From Podospora anserina (Eukaryota): a DNA stretch of 64,000 nucleotides. The number at the start of each line of letters is the position of its first letter. The stretch's first letter is position 1. This document shows, piece after piece, positions 62,921-64,000 of the stretch. The position numbers were made by a program, and so were the translations under genes. The stretch covers positions 3,472,001 to 3,536,000 of the forward strand of contig CM030335.1 in NCBI GenBank assembly GCA_017654855.1. Direction: 5' to 3'. The notes under the pieces are model-generated. The model saw only the letters and a list, made by a program, of their open reading frames with translations, was not told the origin of the DNA and did no database searches.

Positions 62921-64000
62921 CTATACCTGCGGCCCGTAAGAGTTTACCCTTCTGATCTGTATTGAGGCTTCGTCCTTCTTCTCTGCAAGGACATCAAACA
63001 GACCATTGTCTGGCACAATTGCAGTCTGCTGTGCTAGCCTCGCTTCCTGGAAGAACTTGGCTCTGTCGGCACGATCTCGCGCATCTGACTCGGCCCAAAG
63101 ACGGAGTGCTTCCTCTTTTCTCTTCTCGCTTCTGGGCTCAAATGACATCTGGAAAGGATCTGGCTTGATGATGAGCAGCGAGTTGGACTTGTCAAGCGGT
63201 ACGGGATGGTTCATCCCAGTCGCTGGGTCATGCTTGGGCTTGAGGTTGAAGGTCCATGCCAAGGCACCGCAAGCAACGATCAACTCGTCTTGGGTGAGTG
63301 ACATGCCGAGACATTGGCGCTGGCCCCATCCGAACGATGTCATGCCCTTGATGGTTGGGAACTGTGTCAGGGGCGCTTGGAAGGTTGGCCAGCCAGGCTC
63401 CAACCAGCGTTCGGGCCGGAAGTTGTCAGGGTCAGGATACTTCTTGGGGTTGCGGAGGAATGCCCTGAAGAGTCATTAGCTTGTGCCCACAGTTTTCAAG
63501 CGCCGAGTCAATGGCTTACCAGTCCAGGGGCAAGAGGCGGGTGCCCTTGGGAATGAAGTAGCCGTTATAAACATCGTCCGCCTCCGTCTCGTGGGCGACA
63601 CCTGTCGGGACATTGGGCTTCCACCGCATGGTCTCCTTGATGCAAGCTCTCAAGATGGGTAGGTTAGGCGCATCCTCCAACGTAGGCATGCGCCCCTCGC
63701 ACTTTTCGTCAATCTCTTTCTGCACGGCGGCTTGCCATTCCGGATAGTGAACCATGGTAACCAGCCAGTACGAAAGCGGTCCGGCGACGGTGAAGATGCC
63801 GACCAGCGCGAGCATTCCAATGACGCAAGAGGCTTCATAATCACCAGAGATGTTGGTTTTCAACGAGGTCTTCTCAATGTATTGTCGTGTCCAGCAATTG
63901 CGGACCCGACCACCCTGTGCCATCTTGTCACGGGTTGTGAGGTATCGCTCCTGCCACCATGCCGACTGCTCATCATGACGCTTGCGCTCCGCCTTCTTCC
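62921..64000 (-). CDS. Cytochrome P450 (CYP64/OrdA-like), 5' part beyond the window
   Basis: KETMRWKP (ExxR), FRPERW and heme motif FGWGQRQCLG; intron near 63465-63519. Confidence 0.92.

Noticed and set aside
1-64000. CRISPR arrays, rRNA genes, intact transposases or Starship captain recombinase
   Set aside because: None seen: no regularly spaced repeats and no RT, integrase, DDE or tyrosine-recombinase motifs in the ORF track.

Overview
Eukaryotic, intron-containing fungal DNA with short GT-AG introns and CTRAC branch sites. Gene content and codon style suggest a Sordariomycete, probably Sordariales/Podospora-like, which is an inference. The window holds about 22 protein-coding genes, one intron-containing tRNA-Asp(GTC) and two apparent pseudogenes. 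The left end looks accessory: an AT-rich island, a secreted five-LysM protein, a degenerate HeLo-like/ankyrin gene and a small Cys-rich secreted protein. The middle carries a P450 with a PTH11-like receptor, a TauD dioxygenase, an alpha-carbonic anhydrase, a CxxC microprotein, an ankyrin protein, Nudix, DUF1996, an MFS transporter, an FAD oxidoreductase, a GT4, an F-box/ankyrin protein, a U1-type zinc finger, a PIR cell-wall protein and a MARVEL-like protein. The right end may be the edge of a secondary-metabolite cluster (NmrA, SnoaL-like, DUF1772, P450). The most notable observation is an otherwise intact GT4 glycosyltransferase gene interrupted by one in-frame UAG that sits in the loop of a predicted hairpin. 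This makes it a candidate for restorative A-to-I (UAG to UGG) mRNA editing. All family calls come from motif recognition by eye, not database searches.
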